Below are positions 62,725-64,000 of a stretch of 64,000 bases of DNA, one piece after another. A program made the translations under genes and the position numbers. The notes below the pieces were generated by a model. It was not told where the DNA came from. It saw only the letters and a program-made list of their open reading frames with translations, and searched no databases. Location: contig NC_086097.1 in the NCBI RefSeq assembly GCF_963921235.1, forward strand, positions 51,338,001-51,402,000. The letters run 5' to 3'. Positions within the stretch are counted from its first letter, which is position 1, and each line of letters opens with the position of its first letter. This stretch comes from Mobula hypostoma. Taxonomy: Eukaryota.

Positions 62725-64000
62725 TGAATCAGAATCAGGTTTATTATCACCGGCATGCGACGTGAAATTTGTTAACTTAGCAGCATCAGTTCAATGCAAT
62801 ACATAATCCAGCAGAGAGATAAAAAAAATTAAAACATATTAATAAATAAACAAGTAAATCAATTGCATATATTGAATAGATTTTTTTTTAAATGTACAAA
62901 AACAGAAATACTCATAATTTTAAAAAGTGAGGTAGTGTCCAAAGCTTCAATGTCCATTTAGGAATCGGTTGGCAGAGGGGAAGAAGCTGTTCCCAAATCA
63001 CTGAGTGTGTGCCTTCAGGCTTCTGTATCTCCTACCTGATGGTAACAGCGAGAAAAGGGCATGCCCTGGGTGCTGGAGGTCTTTAATTATGGACGCTGCC
63101 TTTCTGAGACACCACTCCCTAAAGATGTCCTGGGTACTTTGTAGGCTAGTGCCCAAGATGGAGTTGACTAGAATTACAACCTTCTGCAGTTTCTTTTGGT
63201 CTATGCAGTAGGCCCTCCATACCAGACAGTGATGCAGCTTGTTAGAATGCTCTCCATGGTACAACTATAGAAGTTTTTGAGTGTATCTGTTGACATGCCA
63301 AATCCCTTCAAACTCCTAATAAAGTATAGCTGCTGTCTTGCCTTCTTTATGACAACATCAATATGTTGGGACCAGGTTAGATCCTCAGATCTTGAAACCC
63401 AGGAACTTGAAGCTGCTGACTCTCTCCATTTCTGATCCCTGTATGGGGATTAGTATGTATTGCTTTGTCTTACCCTTCCTGAAGTCCACAATCAGCTCGA
63501 TCGTCTTATTGACATTGAGTGCCAGGTTGTTGCTGCAGCACCATTCCACTTGTTGGCATATCTCACTCCTGTACGCCCTCTCGTCACCACCTGAGATTCT
63601 ACCAACAATGGTTGTATCGTCAGCAAATTTGTAGATGGTATTTGAGCTATGCCTAGCCACACAGTCATGTGTATACAGCAGTGGGCTAAGCACACACCCC
63701 TGAGGTGCGTCAGTGTTGATTGTCAGCGAAGAGGATATGTTATCACCAATCTGCACAGACTGTGGTCTTCTGGTTAGGAAGTCGAGGATCCAATTACAGA
63801 GGGAGGTATAGAGGCCCAGGTTCTGCAACTTGTCAATCAGGATTGTGGGAATGATGGTATTAAATGCTGAGCTATAGTCGATGAACAGCATCCTGATGTA
63901 GGTGTTGTGTTGTCTAGGTGATCTAAAGCTGTGTGGAGAGCCCTGGAGATTGTGTCTGCTATTGACCTATTGTAAGGATAGGCAAATTGCGATGGGTCCA
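62725..64000 (-). mobile_element. Rex1/Babar-like RT fragment, different subfamily, runs off the window
   Basis: [30 protein letters not shown]; frameshifted C-terminus HPGHALFSLLPSGRRYRS; (ATTCTG)n tail near 62725. Confidence 0.8.

Overview
Vertebrate genomic DNA, most likely from a cartilaginous fish (inferred from the CR1/Penelope/Rex-Babar/V-SINE repeat mix; not proven). Two host genes lie on the minus strand. One is the first coding exon of ninein (NIN, 1880-2062), with a probable promoter/non-coding exon near 19.4 kb. The other is the last four coding exons and 3' UTR of a glycogen phosphorylase, called PYGL from synteny with NIN (44633-50727). No intact ABHD12B, which separates these genes in human, was recognised. 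Most of the rest is transposable-element sequence. Highlights: (1) an essentially complete young L1 whose 5' 2.2 kb is inverted, with a 16-bp target-site duplication, priming microhomology and a 31-bp junction duplication (twin-priming signature); (2) at least eight Penelope-like insertions carrying a minimal hammerhead-ribozyme motif, several being 100-190 bp TSD-flanked units that end near the ribozyme, one folded back into a 57-bp hairpin; (3) a decayed retrovirus-like pol (RNase H + integrase); (4) two related LTR-like elements with different internal minisatellites; (5) an orphan GC-box island; (6) a nested CR1/duplicated segment/L1/Tc1 stack. Everything was read by eye; no searches were run, and repeat boundaries without TSDs are approximate.
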